Source: Lama glama (lineage: Eukaryota). Taken from it: 64,000 nucleotides of DNA. Below the pieces are notes generated by a model. The model worked only from the letters and a program-made list of their open reading frames with translations. It did not search any database and had not been told where the DNA came from. The stretch's first letter is position 1. Every line of letters starts with the position of its first letter. Below are positions 13,001-26,080 of this stretch, piece by piece. The stretch spans positions 21,080,001-21,144,000 of the forward strand of contig CM052837.1 of NCBI GenBank assembly GCA_028534125.1, read 5' to 3'. The translations under genes were made by a program, and so were the position numbers.

Positions 13001-13474
13001 CCAGGCAGTGTCTTTCTGGGGCATTTGTGTCTGGGAGCAGTGCCGGCGGGGAGGACGCGGCCAGCCCACACCCACGCCTCACTCAGCATCTCCTGCTCTC
13101 TGCCCTACAAGCACAGAACAAGTGCTGGTGGGGGCACGAGGAGAAGGTGAAGGAAAACCAGCCTTTGTCCAGGTCCAGTCCAATTATCAGGCACTGGAAT
13201 TACTCTCGGATTTTGAGATAATTACACATACAGAAGAGAGCATAAAACATGTTTACACTATTTTGTGAATAAATAAATTAAAAAGCAGGGAAGGGGTGAG
13301 CCACCACCTCACCAAGCAGGACCCCAGAGCTTAACCCTCTGCCCCACCCAGGTGTCTTCCAGATCATCCCCCGCCTTCCCTCTTAGAGGTACCCACCACC
13401 CTCAAGATAATTCCATTCTCAATGTTCTTTTTACAGTTTCACTACCTATATGTATGTCATCTTAATATAGTTGA

Positions 13475-13905
13475 ATTTTTTAATAATTTTTTTAATTTAA
13501 AAGATTTTTTGTGGCGGGGAAGTATTAGGTTTATTTATTTACTTTTTTTAAACATTTTTTATTGATTTATAATTTTACAATGTTATATCAAATTCCAGTG
13601 TAGAGCACAATTATATATATTCATTGTCACATTTTTTTTCTCTGTGAGCTACCATAAGATCTTGTATATATTTCCCTGTCCTGTACAGTATAATCTTGTT
13701 TATCTATTCTACATTTTGAAATCCCAGTCTATCCCTTCCCACCCCCCTATTTATTTACTTTTTAAAACAATTTTGTGTTGTTGATTTATTTAGGGGGGAG
13801 GTAATTAGGTTACTTAGCTTTTTTTTTAATGGAGGCACTGGGGATTGAACCCAGGACCTTATGCATGTTAAGCATGCACTCCACCATTGAGCTATATTGT
13901 CCCCC
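13475..13905 (-). mobile_element. tRNA-Ala-derived SINE (camelid vic-1-like) with a duplicated tail, interrupted by an L1 fragment
   Basis: - strand head GGGGACAATATAGCTCAATGGTGGAGTGCATGCTTAACATGCATAAGGTCCTGGGTTCAATCCC (A and B boxes) and tail AACCTAATTACCTCCCCC. TSD AATATAGTTGA at 13464-13474 and 13906-13916. Confidence 0.85.
13548..13747 (-). mobile_element. 5'-truncated young L1 3' end
   Basis: ttttttattgatttataattttacaatg...atttccctgtcctgtacagta...cccttcccacccccc is an artiodactyl-type L1 3' UTR. TSD TATTTATTTACTTTTT at 13532-13547 and 13748-13763. Confidence 0.8.
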
Positions 13906-15255
13906 AATATAGTTGAGTTTTGTCTATGTTTTTTGAACTTTATATGCATGGAATCATACTGTATCTATCCCTTCACACACTGCTATATTTGTTAGTTTCA
14001 TCTATGTTCTTATATGTATCTGATCTGTCCATTTTTATTATTGCATGACTATCCTACAGCTTGTCAACTTATATACCCATTCTACCATTGACGAGAATTT
14101 GTGTTCCCCTTTGGGTGCATGATAGTCAACGGCACTGCCCCGAGCACGTGAGCACAGAAGCTCGGGCGTGGACTGGCCAGGTCACTCAGGGATCTCATTT
14201 TCTCCTCTGAGGTATCACCATCCTCATATTACATTTGAGGAAACAGGCTTAGAGAGGTTAAGTAGCTCACCCAAGGTCACATAGCTATTGAACTCTGCTC
14301 TGCCAAGCTTGGCCCCCACTCCCATCATGCCCTGGGCTCTGGACTCCCCTTGGCTCATCCCTGCCAAGAGTCCCACCTGCCATGGTCCTGCTGAGGGCAT
14401 GTTGGTCTAGGGTCAAGCCCTCCTAGCCAGTACGTCCAGCTGGTGCCTCCTTTGAGCACCTGCAGAAACCATGAGCACCATCCACTCTGAGCCTGGGGCA
14501 TCTGCCTGTCCCCGAGCTCCCCTGCCAGCCAGACTGAGCCAGCCTCCCTCAAGGGCAGAGACTGGGAATGATGGGGAAATGATGATTGACACTGGCTGAG
14601 CACTAAGTGTGCCCCAGGCACTGCGTCGATCACCACAGCAGCCCCAAAGGGAGGCATGTATCCTCCGTTTTGAGATGAGGAAACTGAAGTTCGGAGAAGA
14701 GTGGGTTGGAGGATGGCTGGCTGGCTGGCTGAGGACATGAATAAACCAGGCTATGAAGCAGGCAGGGCTCTGGACCTGCTACAGAATCCAGGCATCCCTG
14801 AGCTGGACAGTCTACGACCCATGGTCATTTCAGGCCAGGAGCTAATCTTTATTCAGTGAAAATGGCCCCTTCCAGAAACGCCCAAGTGCAAGGAAGGCCC
14901 CGAAAAGCCCAGGTCCCTCTGGGAAGGTCTGGTGGGTACAGGCTCTTACTAGAGTGATAACAATACTTACAGGTCCTGAGCACCTACTGTGCACCTGGCT
15001 CTGGTGAAAGGCTTTCCACAGGAAATCCTGAGACTCCACAGGATCTCACTGCCTCATCTCCGATCTCCTCCCCCTTTAGATGGGTCCCCACCTCCTTGGA
15101 GGGGCTTTTCTTGCTCCATTTAGAATGCAGCCCAGGAGAGAGACAGTGCCTGGGTTAGAATCCTGCCTCTGTCCATCCTTGCTGCAGGAACCCAGGCAAG
15201 GGTCTTCACCTCTCTGAGCCTGCTTCCTTTTCTGTAAAATGGGGGTGCTCCTGGG

Positions 15256-16035
15256 GAAATGCAAAGCAAAGTCACAATGAAATACCACTGTGCACACACT
15301 AAGATTGTAAGAATCAAAAAGGCAGATAATAACAAGCACTGGCAAAGATGTGGAGAAACTGGAATACACACACTGCTGGTGGAATTATAAAATGATGCAG
15401 CCACTTGGGAAACCAGTCTGACAGCTTCTCAGAATGTTAAGCAGAGTTACTGTATGATCCAGCAGTTCCACTCCTAGGTATATACCCAAGAGAACTGAAA
15501 ACGTATGTCCACACAAAAACTTATGCCTGAGTACTCACTCTTAGCAGCATTATTCATAATAGCCCAAAAGTGGACACAATCCAAATCCCCATCAACTGAT
15601 CATGGATGATTAAAATGAAGTGTATCCAGACAACAGAATATTATTTGGCAGTAAAAAAGAATGAAGTACTGATACCCGCTACACCATGGATTATTCTAAG
15701 TGATAATCAAAACATTGTTCTAAGTGAAAGCAGCCAGACACAAAAGGTTATGTGTAGTGTAGTGTGATTCCATTTGTATGGAATGTCTATAATAGAAAAA
15801 TCCATAGAAACAGAAAGCAGACTGGTGGTTGCCAGGGCTGGGGGAAAGGAAAGTGGGGAGTGACTGTTAACGGGTATGGGGTTCTTTGAGGGGCAATGGA
15901 AATGTTCTAAAATTGACTAGGGCGATGGACACACAACTCTAAATAAAACAAAAAAAACCCACTGAAATTTCAGTATGGTACGCTTTACATGGGTGAATTG
16001 TACGGCATGTGAATTATATCTCAATAAAGCTGTTG
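15256..16035 (+). mobile_element. L1MB-like ORF2 end and 3' UTR
   Basis: gaaatgcaaa...gatgtggagaaactggaa...ccactcctaggtatatacccaagagaactgaaaac...tgtgaattatatctcaataaagctg. Confidence 0.85.
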
Positions 16036-17569
16036 AGAGAAATGGGATCCTGTTAACAACAGCGCAGTGCCCACATCCCCCAGCAGGCACATGGGAGGCA
16101 CTTGGAAAATCCTGGCTCCTATTAATATTGCTGTGATTTTTTAATGTGGAAGCCAAAGCCAAGTTGTGCTGACCTCAGAGCAGAGCTGGAGGTGGCAACC
16201 TGAAGCGGGAGGGACCTGGAGGAGGGAAGTTCCTAAAGGGGTTACCCAGGCCCTGTCCTGAAGGCTTAGAAAATTATCCTTGCACCCCCAGATTAGTTGC
16301 TCCCCAGCGTAAGAATAAAGTGGGTGAGGCACTTGTTACAAATTTAGCTGTCCAGGCCCCCTCCTGTCCTTTAGATCTGCCCCACCCTTATCTATAGCCA
16401 GCACCCTAGTGGGTCTCATGATGGGGAGAGAGGACCACTGGCTATGGATAGCCTCCCACACTCTTGTTCCTGACTGACTCCAGCACCCCGCTTCCCCAGA
16501 TCCCTTGGTCTCCAAGGTCCTGAATTCTGGCCCAAACTCCACTCACCCTGGTCTCCTGGCTGCTCTCAGATATGGGACCCTCCCAGGGCTCCCCTGTCAA
16601 CTCTGTCCCAGAATTTTCCTTTCTGTTCCCTGCTGGGTGGGCATGGGGGAAACTGACAGCAAGGATCAGGCCCCTGCCCCCTCTTCTTGATCCTTCATCC
16701 CGGGATTCAGAGTGTGAGGCAGCGATGCCCCATTTCAGAAGGGGAGAGAGTGTTGAGTAAGTTTCAACCCAGGGGCTGGACCCTCCCAGTGCAGGGGCAG
16801 AACTGACTGCACTCCGAGTCCCTAGTAAGTGCTGGCTTGTGTGATCAGCTAACTGGGAGGGCAGGACAGTGAAGACCATCCCAGCAGTTCATTGAGGAAT
16901 GAGCTTGGGGCAGGAGATGACAGAGGCCTGGAACGGGGGAGGGGAAGGAACTCAGGAGCCCCATCAGGGACCCTGGAAATGGGCCGGGTTCCCTGCCCTC
17001 TTGGGGCCCACACATCACTCAAACCCAGGGCCATCTGAGTCACAGGAGCGTGTGAGCAACCCAGGTTTGGGGTCTGTCCCTGAAGATTCTGACCCAGTCA
17101 TCCTAGAGTGGAGCCCAGGAATGTGTATGTCCAACAGGATTCTAATGGAGGCGGCCAGTGGAGTGTAGTTGGAGAAACACTGCACCATATGATTCTTTAA
17201 AGAAACACACATAACTAAAAAATAATAACTACAAACATGGGTGCTTGTGTCACTTAACCACATGCCACGGGCCTTGCTTCTTACCTGCTCTTGGAGACCT
17301 ATCATGTTTTTTGCTGCTGGTTAGCGTAACTGAAGAGCATTTCAGCACATGATGCACCGCAATTACCCAAACCACCTGCCTCCTGACGGACATCTAACTT
17401 ACCTCTAATGATTTGCTATTACAGGTAATGATAATCTGAGTATGGCTCTAGGAACAGCAGCTTGGTACTCTTGGGGTATTTCAGAGTGTGTGGGAAATCC
17501 TTAAACATGGATTTACTTGCACCAGGTATTTTATCAAATTGCTCTCCCCAAACGACCTTGACCATCTTA

Positions 17570-19800
17570 AAAACTTTTTTTTTTTGAATAAGTGGTAAGG
17601 GCATATGGTATGAATTTTAAAAGTTCAAAGAGTATGTATATAGAGAGAATTACATTCTGTTCCCACCCATCCACATCTCACAATTCTTCCTGGAGACAAT
17701 TACCATTAGGAAGTTCTTGGCTCTCCTTCCAGTTACATTCTGTGCGTGTGCGTGTGCGTGTGTGTGTTAAACACACCGAAGTTCTGCACCTTGCTTTCTC
17801 CACTTAACAAACTTCCTTGGCAACGGTTCCACGTGGATTTTTTTATTGGCTGTAGAAGAGCCCATGATATGGAGGAACTGTGATTTATGCAGCCAGTCCC
17901 CTGGTGATGAACACTGAGGTGGTTTCTAATCTTGTGCTATCATAAACAATGTTTATTGTCAATTTCCTAGATTATAAATCTGCGCATACATATGCAAATA
18001 TGTCTGTAGGATAAATATTTAGAAGTTAGAATTGCTGAGTCAAAGGGTTTTTGCATTTTTAATTTTGGTAAATATTGCAAAATTGATCTCCACAGAAGTT
18101 GGACTGGCTTACACTCCTACAAGCTGTGTATGTGGGAGAGCGACTCTGTGTCCTGATTCCTCCCTGACTCCCCTACTCTCACCAACCCTATTATCAAATG
18201 TTTTTTTGATCCTGGTCAATCCATGGGTTACATGGTGCATTTAAAAAAAATTTGCATTTTTCTTAAAAGTGAAACTGAGCTTATTTAAGAACCATTTGTA
18301 CTTCCTTTCCTGTGAACTGACAAGTTCATAATCTTTGCCCATTTTTCTATTGGCTTGTTGCTTGTCATCTTATTGATTTGTAGGAGCTCTTTGCGAGATG
18401 GATTGCAAATATTTTTCTCAGTCTTTTGTTGGTCTTTTGACTTTGCTTTTGGTGTTTTTTCCCCGAGTAAACTTAAAAAAATTATTAGGTAGTTTATATC
18501 CATTAATCTTTTATTTTCTCATTTCTGTATTATGTCTCATTTCTATAAGTGTAAATTTTACCCTTCAGGAATTTAAACTGCCTTTAAAGTATAAGGTTCC
18601 AGGTTTTTTTTTCCCCTAGATTTCTATCTCTTATCTCAACACTATTTTTCCTCCACTGACCTGACACACCATCATCATCATATTCCAAACTCCCACATAC
18701 ATATGGACTGCATCTCAACTTTCTTTTCTACTCCCTTGATCTCATTCATGGGTCAGCACTATATGGTTTTAATTATTAAGGTTTTGTAACATATTTTAAT
18801 AGATTCTAAGGCTGTTTTCTACTTCCCTTTCTGTTTAATTTTTGTTTCCAGAACTTGCCTGGATTCTTTTTTGCTTTTCCATGTGAACCTCTGAATCAAA
18901 TTGTCTAGTTAAGAAAATTTGATTGTTATTTTAGTTGGGATCAGTAAAATTCATAAGTTAATGGCCAGAAGTTACATTTTATGACCATGTTTTTCTATCA
19001 TATCTCAACTCTCCCCTCTCTGGAATGCCCTCTTGTTCTAAGACTTCTTTTGTGTGCTTCTAAAAGGGTATTTTTAAAATGGATTTTTGGATGCACAGAA
19101 AGATTATATATGGACTGATGTGTGTAATATATAAAAATGTGGGGGGTTTTGGCTGGGGGAGGTAATTAGGTTTACTTATTCTTAGAGGAGGTGCCAGGGA
19201 TTGAACCCAGGACCTTGTGCATGCTAAGTATGCACTCTACCGCTTTAGCTACACCCTCCCCCCATATAGAAAAATGTTAACTGGAGAATCTGGGTGGTGG
19301 GTATATGGGTGTTCCTTGTATAATTATTTAAACTTTTATATGTGTTTAAAATTTTTTTATAATAAGATGTTGAGAAAGAGAGAGCATTTAGAAGTTTTCT
19401 TCCTGTAGACTTTGCATATTTTTTGAATTAATTCCAAAACACTTGTTGCTATCGTGACGGAACCTTTTCTTCGGTACGTCTTCCAACTGGATGCAGTTTG
19501 TGTGAGTGTGAGCACTGCTGGTTGTTGTCTTTCAACTTTTGTATCCAGCCACCTTATTACATTTTTATTGCTTGTAATAATTTTTCATTTGATTCAAGAT
19601 ATCCCCAAGTAAGATTATCTTCTTCATTTCTTTCCAATATATATATATGCTTTATTTTTTTCTCTTGTCTAATTGCATTGGTCCGTACTTCCAAGATAAT
19701 GTTAAATTATGGAACTCATAGAGACAACTGTGCCTTGCTTTTAGCTTTAATATGAATGCTTCTCGTGTTTCCAATGCTGACTTTTGAATATATGTCTGGA
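17570..19800 (-). mobile_element. Fragmented old L1M (antisense)
   Basis: T-rich L1 antisense blocks (aattgctgagtcaaaggg, tttgcccatttttctattgg, ttgcaaatatttttctc, ttctcttgtctaattgcattgg). Boundaries are approximate. Confidence 0.65.
19141..19263 (-). mobile_element. vic-1-like tRNA-derived SINE
   Basis: A and B boxes plus the AACCTAATTACCTCCCC tail. TSD ATATA(T/G)AAAAATGT at 19127-19140 and 19264-19277. Confidence 0.85.
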
Positions 19801-19956
19801 GTCTCCTGTAAATGATTTAAGAGACTCAAGCCTTATTGATGAGACACCCAAACACTGCAGTATGAATGCCCATTTCAAGCAGGTACCACCCACGCTAGGT
19901 TCCAGGAATATGCCCACTCCACTCCTTTAAAAAAAAAAAAAAGGGAAAACATTTCT

Positions 19957-20088
19957 TTCTTTCTTTCTTTTTGTTGGGGGAGGAGGTAATTAGGTTTACT
20001 TATTTTGAGAGGTATTGGGGACCGAACCCCGGACTTTGTGCACGCTAGGCATGTACTCTACCACTTGAGCTATATACCCTCCCCCCTC
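19957..20088 (-). mobile_element. vic-1-like tRNA-derived SINE
   Basis: GGGGAGGGTATATAGCTCAAGTGGTAGAG...GGTTCGGTCCC head and the same tail. Imperfect A-rich TSD (A-run-GGAAAA-ATTTCT) on both sides. Confidence 0.85.
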
Positions 20089-20855
20089 AAAAAAAAAAAG
20101 GAAAAAATTTCTGCAAACTTTCCAATACAGCTCTGCACACCAACAGGTATGGCATTTAGGGCATGGGCTTTGAGGTCTCATAGACATGGTTTCAAACCTC
20201 AGCTCTGCCACTTCTAAGGTCACCTCCCCTCCCTGAACCTCAAAGTTTCCTTGGGGAATTTAAGGGGACACTGTGAGCTCAGCACCAAGCACACTGAGGC
20301 TATTCTCATTCCAGCATGGAGGACAGGGCCTGGAATCTGCACTGCTGGTGGGCTCTGTGCATAGCAAGTTGCCTGAAAAGACATCTAGTAGGCTGAGAGC
20401 TGTGGTCACTTCTAAGGAGTGGGATAGAAAGGATATACCCCAGTAGGCTGAATATTTATAAAGAGCAAGTATTATATCTGTGACTTAAAACACATACAAG
20501 TATATAAAGAAAATCAGCCAAGAAACAAAAGTACATAAAATGAGGGGAATGTAAGATGCCAAGGTTGGCAGGAATCCTAGAATGTCTGAGTCCCCTTGAC
20601 AAGGTCCCCTCCTCCAGTGATGAGAGGCGCTCTCCCTCCGACGGAAGCCCTTGCTAACACCACGTGGAGCAGACCCTGGAGTCACGTTCACCCCACTCCC
20701 ACTCTAGCCTACTCTCCCACCATCTTCCCACCCCAACTTCTTTTTTTGCTTGAGTCAGTCCTGATTTCGTTTCGATATCCACACTCCTTTGAGGCCGCTT
20801 GTCTCAGTAAAGTCTTGCCCACTCCCCGACTCAGCATGTGAATCTTAATCTAAGC

Positions 20856-21382
20856 TAGGGGCTGTTAATGTGGAGTCCACAGACCTCCCCGACCTAGGGT
20901 ACGTGGATGAAATGCATGGGATTCACAAACTTGCATTGGGGGAAAAAAAAAACCCAAAAAACCTGTCTTTATTTTCACTAACCTTCAACCAAAATTTAGT
21001 ATTTCCTTCTACTATGAATGTAAGCAACATTCATCATTAGCAATAACTGGTGACTTTGTCAACAATGGAAATCACAAACATTTTCATTTCACAAAACAGC
21101 TGTTACAGGTATCTCAGAACATTGTTTACACCCATCACTGCTTAAAAATTATGGTTATTAGATCTGCCACTAGATTTTGTTATTTAAGGCACTAACAAAG
21201 AAGCAATTTTATTCCTATATTGCATTAAAAAATATATATATTTTGAAAACTGTATTTCAATATAATGGGTTTCTTTTGTAATCCCGTCATTTCTTTCCCA
21301 TGCAATTAAGTGGAGTATTCTGGGAAGGGGTCCATAGGTTTCACCAGACTGCCAAAGGGGTCCAAGAGATGGATAAACCCTG
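20856..21382. mobile_element. Non-autonomous hAT-Charlie DNA transposon (MER119-like), full length
   Basis: Termini tagggg...ggagtccac and ...gactgccaaaggggtcca...aaaccctg. 8-bp TSD atctaagc (20848-20855) and gtctaagc (21383-21390). Confidence 0.75.
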
Positions 21383-21390
21383 GTCTAAGC

Positions 21391-21813
21391 CGATGCTGGC
21401 AATTCCATCATCATCGCTGGAGACCAGCTTAGGAAGCGCCATGTGACCTAGTGTGTCACACTCACAATGAGACGCAAGTATCTGTTGGAAGGAGAGTGGA
21501 GTCCCTCTTGGGGAAGGTTTCTTAAGAGAAGACATAAGGAAGTCATACTTTCTTCCTCTGCTTCTTAGTGTCTGAGCATGTGAGCTGGGAATTTCTTCTA
21601 CCATTGGGCAGCCATGTGGAGAGATCCACTTGAGATACAGAAAAGACGGATGAAAGAAACCTGGGTCTTTGAGAATGTAGTTGATCTGGTGAATTAGCCA
21701 GATAGGAACCTCCCTACCTCTAGACTCTGGTTATCAATCAATAAATCCCTTAGGATTTAGGCCATCAGGTCAGTTGTCTTTTGTTTGCAGACAAGAGCAC
21801 TTTCTCTAATGCA
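21391..21813 (+). mobile_element. MaLR LTR (MLT1-like)
   Basis: gccatgtgacctag, gaaagaaacctgggtctttga, ccctacctctagact, aataaatccctt...ttaggcca, ending in tgca. Confidence 0.65.
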
Positions 21814-22029
21814 CCATGCTATTTTTGTTCCCCTGTGTTTTTTTCACACTTAGTCCTAACCATCACTGGGGTGACACAGAGAAACAGGCCAGCTCCCTCT
21901 TTCATTTGACCCTAATTTAGATTGGTCAGATCTTCTTTCCTCAAGGCTGAACATCTTCGGGCCCTTCAACTGGACTCATGCGCCATGATTTTGAGACCTT
22001 TATCTAGCCCTAACGTGCATGTCTATCCA

Positions 22030-22215
22030 GATCTCAAACCTTAGCATGCATCAGAATCATGCTAACATTTGTTAACATTAGCTTGTTAAAGCACACGTTT
22101 CCAGGTCCTACTCCCAGAGTTTCAGATTCAGCAGGGCTTGAGTAGGTCCCAATAATTTGTATTTTCCAGCAAATTCCTAGGTGATGCTGATGCTGCTGGC
22201 CTTGAAAACCACTGG
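22030..22215. mobile_element. MER5A-like hAT element inside L3/CR1-like sequence
   Basis: gcatgcatcagaatca...cccagagtttcagattcagcagg...ggtgatgctgatgctgctgg...aaccactg. Confidence 0.7.
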
Positions 22216-23299
22216 TCAATGTCGCTACAAAAACACAGCTTTAAAAAATGAAACCACTACTCAAGATGGGGTCTGACTAGTGCTGAGCCGAGCAGGACTA
22301 TCGCCAGTATGAACAGCATGCTCCTATTACTGCAGCCCAAATTACAGACTGCTTTTTCATACTACTGAACTGCCTGTCACCAAAACTTTAAAACCTGTAT
22401 CATACGTGTGGCTCCTAAACAATCTCCCTGTTTTTTATTGCATGCTTATTATGTGCCAAGTGCTTTAAGGAGTTAATCTCATTTAATTCTCACGGCAACC
22501 CTTGAAATGGGCAGCTATCTCTTTTGGGAAAACTGATGTCTAGAGAAATAAAGAAAAACAATTCCCAAGGTCACCTAGCTGGTAAATAAATGAAGGACCC
22601 AAGATTTGAGCCTGGGCTATAGAACTCTACAATTAAGAACTCTGCTCCTGCTTAACAGCATCAATTAATCAGCTGCCCTTCGGGGCCCAAGACAAATTTA
22701 CCTAATTGTGCCTCATCCAGCTCATTTCTTTGTCTTATCTACAAGGTCATCAAATGTGATTTTTGTCAAATGCCCCAGATTCTTGAGCCTCTTATATCTC
22801 CTTCACCCACAACTCAGTCCTTTCACTGCCCCCACTGCTGCCCCTGCGAGGAGGAGGTTAGGCTTGTGAGCTGCACTCATGGCCACAAGAGTTTGGTTCC
22901 TGAAAGCGTTAACTGTGTGCATGTTTTAATAAAGGCCATTTTCTAAGCTACAGCTATAAAAAGTTCCAATTTAATATGCAAATGTACCACAAGTGATTTA
23001 GGATGTGCTAAGCCTTTACTGTTCTAGTTGCAGTTATGTTGATTTAGTCCATAGCTTTATAGTTAATAATTTAGTGAGCAACCTTATTTTTTAATCTCCC
23101 TTTGTCCTCATGCCTCATCCTTTTTTACATTAAGGGAACTTAGGCCTGAGTGAAGATTCAGTTTAATGAACGATCAATCCTTGAATAAGTGTAGTGGCAA
23201 AAGGACTCCCTTGAAATCCTATGAAAAGCTTTAAGTTCATGAGTTTTCATCTTCTTGGTGAGATTCTTGGTTTCATCATAAATATGATGACTCAGTTTA

Positions 23300-25000
23300 T
23301 CCCTAATACTTTTTGTATTATATTCTATTTTGCTTGATGTTAACAATGTTAGGTGAATTTTGTTTGGTTAGTATTTGCCTGGGGTATCTTTTTCTGTTTT
23401 CAACACTGCTGTGACATGTCTTGGGTATATCTGTTATACACAGCTTATAGGTGGACTTCGATTAAAAAAAAATCTCATCTGGTAGTCTCTGTCTTTAATA
23501 GGTAAGTTTAATCCACTTACATTTATTGTGATCACTGATTTATGTGGACTTATTTTTTACCATCTTATTTTGAATGTATGTGTGTTTTCTGTTACCATGA
23601 GTTATTTTTCGTTTTTTTTTTTTTAAGGGGGGATAGCACAGGTGGTTACTTTATGTTTTTTTTTCTTTCTTGGCTTTTGATGGATAGCATTCTTTAGCAT
23701 TCCAAATTCTTTTTGCTCCCCACTGATTTGAAAGCTTTGTATAACATTTCTTTTAGTGGTTTCATTTTACTTTTCAACATATTTAAGTATATATTTTCCT
23801 AACAACATAAAGTTTTTCTGTATCTCTACTTTCTTTTCGACAAGGCAATCCCTCGAATGCCATGTAACTACCAACTGAATTGCCTTCTTCTCAATCATCT
23901 TTGGTTTTAGAGTTTTAGTTCCATTGTTTATCACAAAATTTAGCATTTATATGTTCAGAAATTAATTAGATTCACCAATGTACTTGACCAATTTCTGTAC
24001 TTAATATATTCCTTCTTTTATTTTTCCCTTTTGCTGAAGTATTTGCTTTAGTAATCCTTTCAGCGAGGGTACAGGTGGTAAACTCTCTTAGTCTATGAAA
24101 GTCTGAAAATACCTGTTATTTGATTTCCTTTGTCAGTGTTCATCCAGCTGTTTGTTGAGGTAGGCTGGTCATATTTTCCCCTTTGCATGATCAGGATATT
24201 ATTTCTCTGTCTCTGTCATCCATTGCACATTGATGAGAAATCTGCTGTCAGCCCAACTGGATTTCCTTTGTTGGCGATTTGTCTTTATTCTCTGTAACTC
24301 TTAAGATTTTTCTCTTTATCTTTGACATTCTATTCTATCATCACAATGTGTTTGGTTGAGATTTATTTTTAACTGTTCTATTTAGCACATGGTATATGTG
24401 TTTTTCATCTGAGGATTTTCTTTTTGATTCTGAAATATCCTCAGTCACCATTTCTTAAATATCATGTCTCCATTACATCCTTTTCTATCCTTCTGGAATT
24501 CCTATTACACATATGTTGGAGTCTTTCTGTCTCCTCGCTGTGTCTTAACTGCTTTTTCATATTTTCTATTTCTTTATCTCTCTGTGCTACTTTCTGGGTA
24601 AATATCTCAGAAATATCTTTCAATTCACTAATTGTCTCTTCAACTATGTTTTATTTAGAATTTACCCCATTTGAATTCACTTCAGTAATGATACTTTTCA
24701 TTTTTAGGATTCCTAATTGTTTCTTTTTCACATCAACAGTTAATTCTGCTTGTTTTTGTTTCATAACTTTTTTTCTTTTTACAAGTTATTCTTTCCTTTA
24801 CCTTTGTTAGGATCCTAAAGCTTTAACATAATTTTCATAAGCTCTATTATTTGCACTTACCATGAGCAAATTCATCTGTTAAGAGTTGAGTTTGTTGGCT
24901 GTCTCTCTGTCAGTTTTCTGCAAGTGATTTAGAATTTTGGTTTCAAGCTTATTTTCAAGAGAAATCTTTCTGTCCATTTTCTTTCTCTGCACTTGTCTAA
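23300..25000 (-). mobile_element. Old L1M internal (ORF1/ORF2) fragment
   Basis: Very T-rich, with L1 antisense motifs (tttaatccacttacatttattgtgat, ggtaaactctcttagt, tgatgagaaatctgctgtcag, ttctggaattcctattacacatatgttgg). Confidence 0.65.
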
Positions 25001-25449
25001 ACACAGATCCTCAGTACCCTAGTCCCAAACTAGGATTCCTGTTGGCAGCTCGGGATCCCCAGCTTTGGGTACAATCAGAGATGTCACAGATGCAGTTAGT
25101 GAGTCAAGGTGGCATGGTTCAGGTCCCCAGTTACCAGACCTCCATCTACTCCTCTCTGTTACCTGAGATATAGTTTCAAGCCATGAGTCTGATGCTAGAC
25201 CTCTGCTTCTCGAGGAATCCTTTTGGTCTTGAATTCCTAGTCACTCCTGCCTGTTTCCAGGCCCAGAGCTTGGCAGGTCTGAGGCTTCGGCTTCCATTTA
25301 TCTCTGTGTTTCTGTTTCCTTAAGTTATCGTATGTGTAGGTGTGGCTATTGAATTTAATCATTAAAAAATATAATTAACCTATTGTTGCAGTGTATAAAC
25401 AGAGGAGGTTATTTTTCCCCACTAATTCATGGATGGTGTGGTTAAATTT

Positions 25450-26080
25450 TCTTACATCAGTTTTACTGAGGCACATGTGATTTATAGACAATAAAAGCAC
25501 TCATTTAAAGTGTGTAATTTGATAAAGTCTCATATAATCACCACTACAATCAAGAAAAGAATACTTTCATCACCCTCCAAACTTCTTTTGTACCCCTTTG
25601 CTATCAAGTACCTTCCCCAAACCCCAGCCGCTGGTCTATACTTTCCATAGATTAGTTCTGCCTTCCCTAGAATTTCATATAAATTGAATCAGACAATATA
25701 TACTCTTTTGTGTTTGGCTTCTCTCACTAAGCGTGGTGATTCTGAGATTCACCCATGTTACATGCACCAGTACTTCATTCTTTTGTACTGTTGAGTAGTT
25801 CTGTTGTATGGACACATCACAACTTGCTTATATCCATTCTGCTATTGGTGGGCATTTAGGCTGTTTCTAGTTGGGGCTATTTTATATAAATCTGCCATGA
25901 ACATTCCTATGCAAATCTTTGTATGGACACATTTTCATTTCTCTTACATAAATACCTAAGAGTGGGATTGCTGGGCAGTATGGTAAATGTGTGTTTAACT
26001 TTATAAGAAACTTCCACACTGTTTTTCAAAGTGGCTACAGCATTTTGCATTTCCATCTGCAATGTATGAGAGTTCTGGTT
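25450..26080 (-). mobile_element. L1MB-like 3' end
   Basis: tttcatcacc...gaatttcatataaattgaatc...aaatacctaagagtgggattgctggg...cattttgcatttccatctgcaatgtatgagagttc. Confidence 0.8.

Noticed and set aside
13785-13905. tRNA genes here and at 19155, 19975 and 31377
   Set aside because: The cloverleaves are degenerate and carry a shared non-tRNA tail and TSDs, so they are SINEs.
20279-20330. REST/RE1 site near neuronal VSTM2L
   Set aside because: TCAGCACC and GGACAGGGCC half-sites are present but about 34 bp apart, and the contiguous match lacks the essential ACC.
24424-24810. 128-aa hydrophobic ORF resembling a membrane protein
   Set aside because: It is the T-rich antisense strand of an old L1, which yields F/L/S/I-rich translations.
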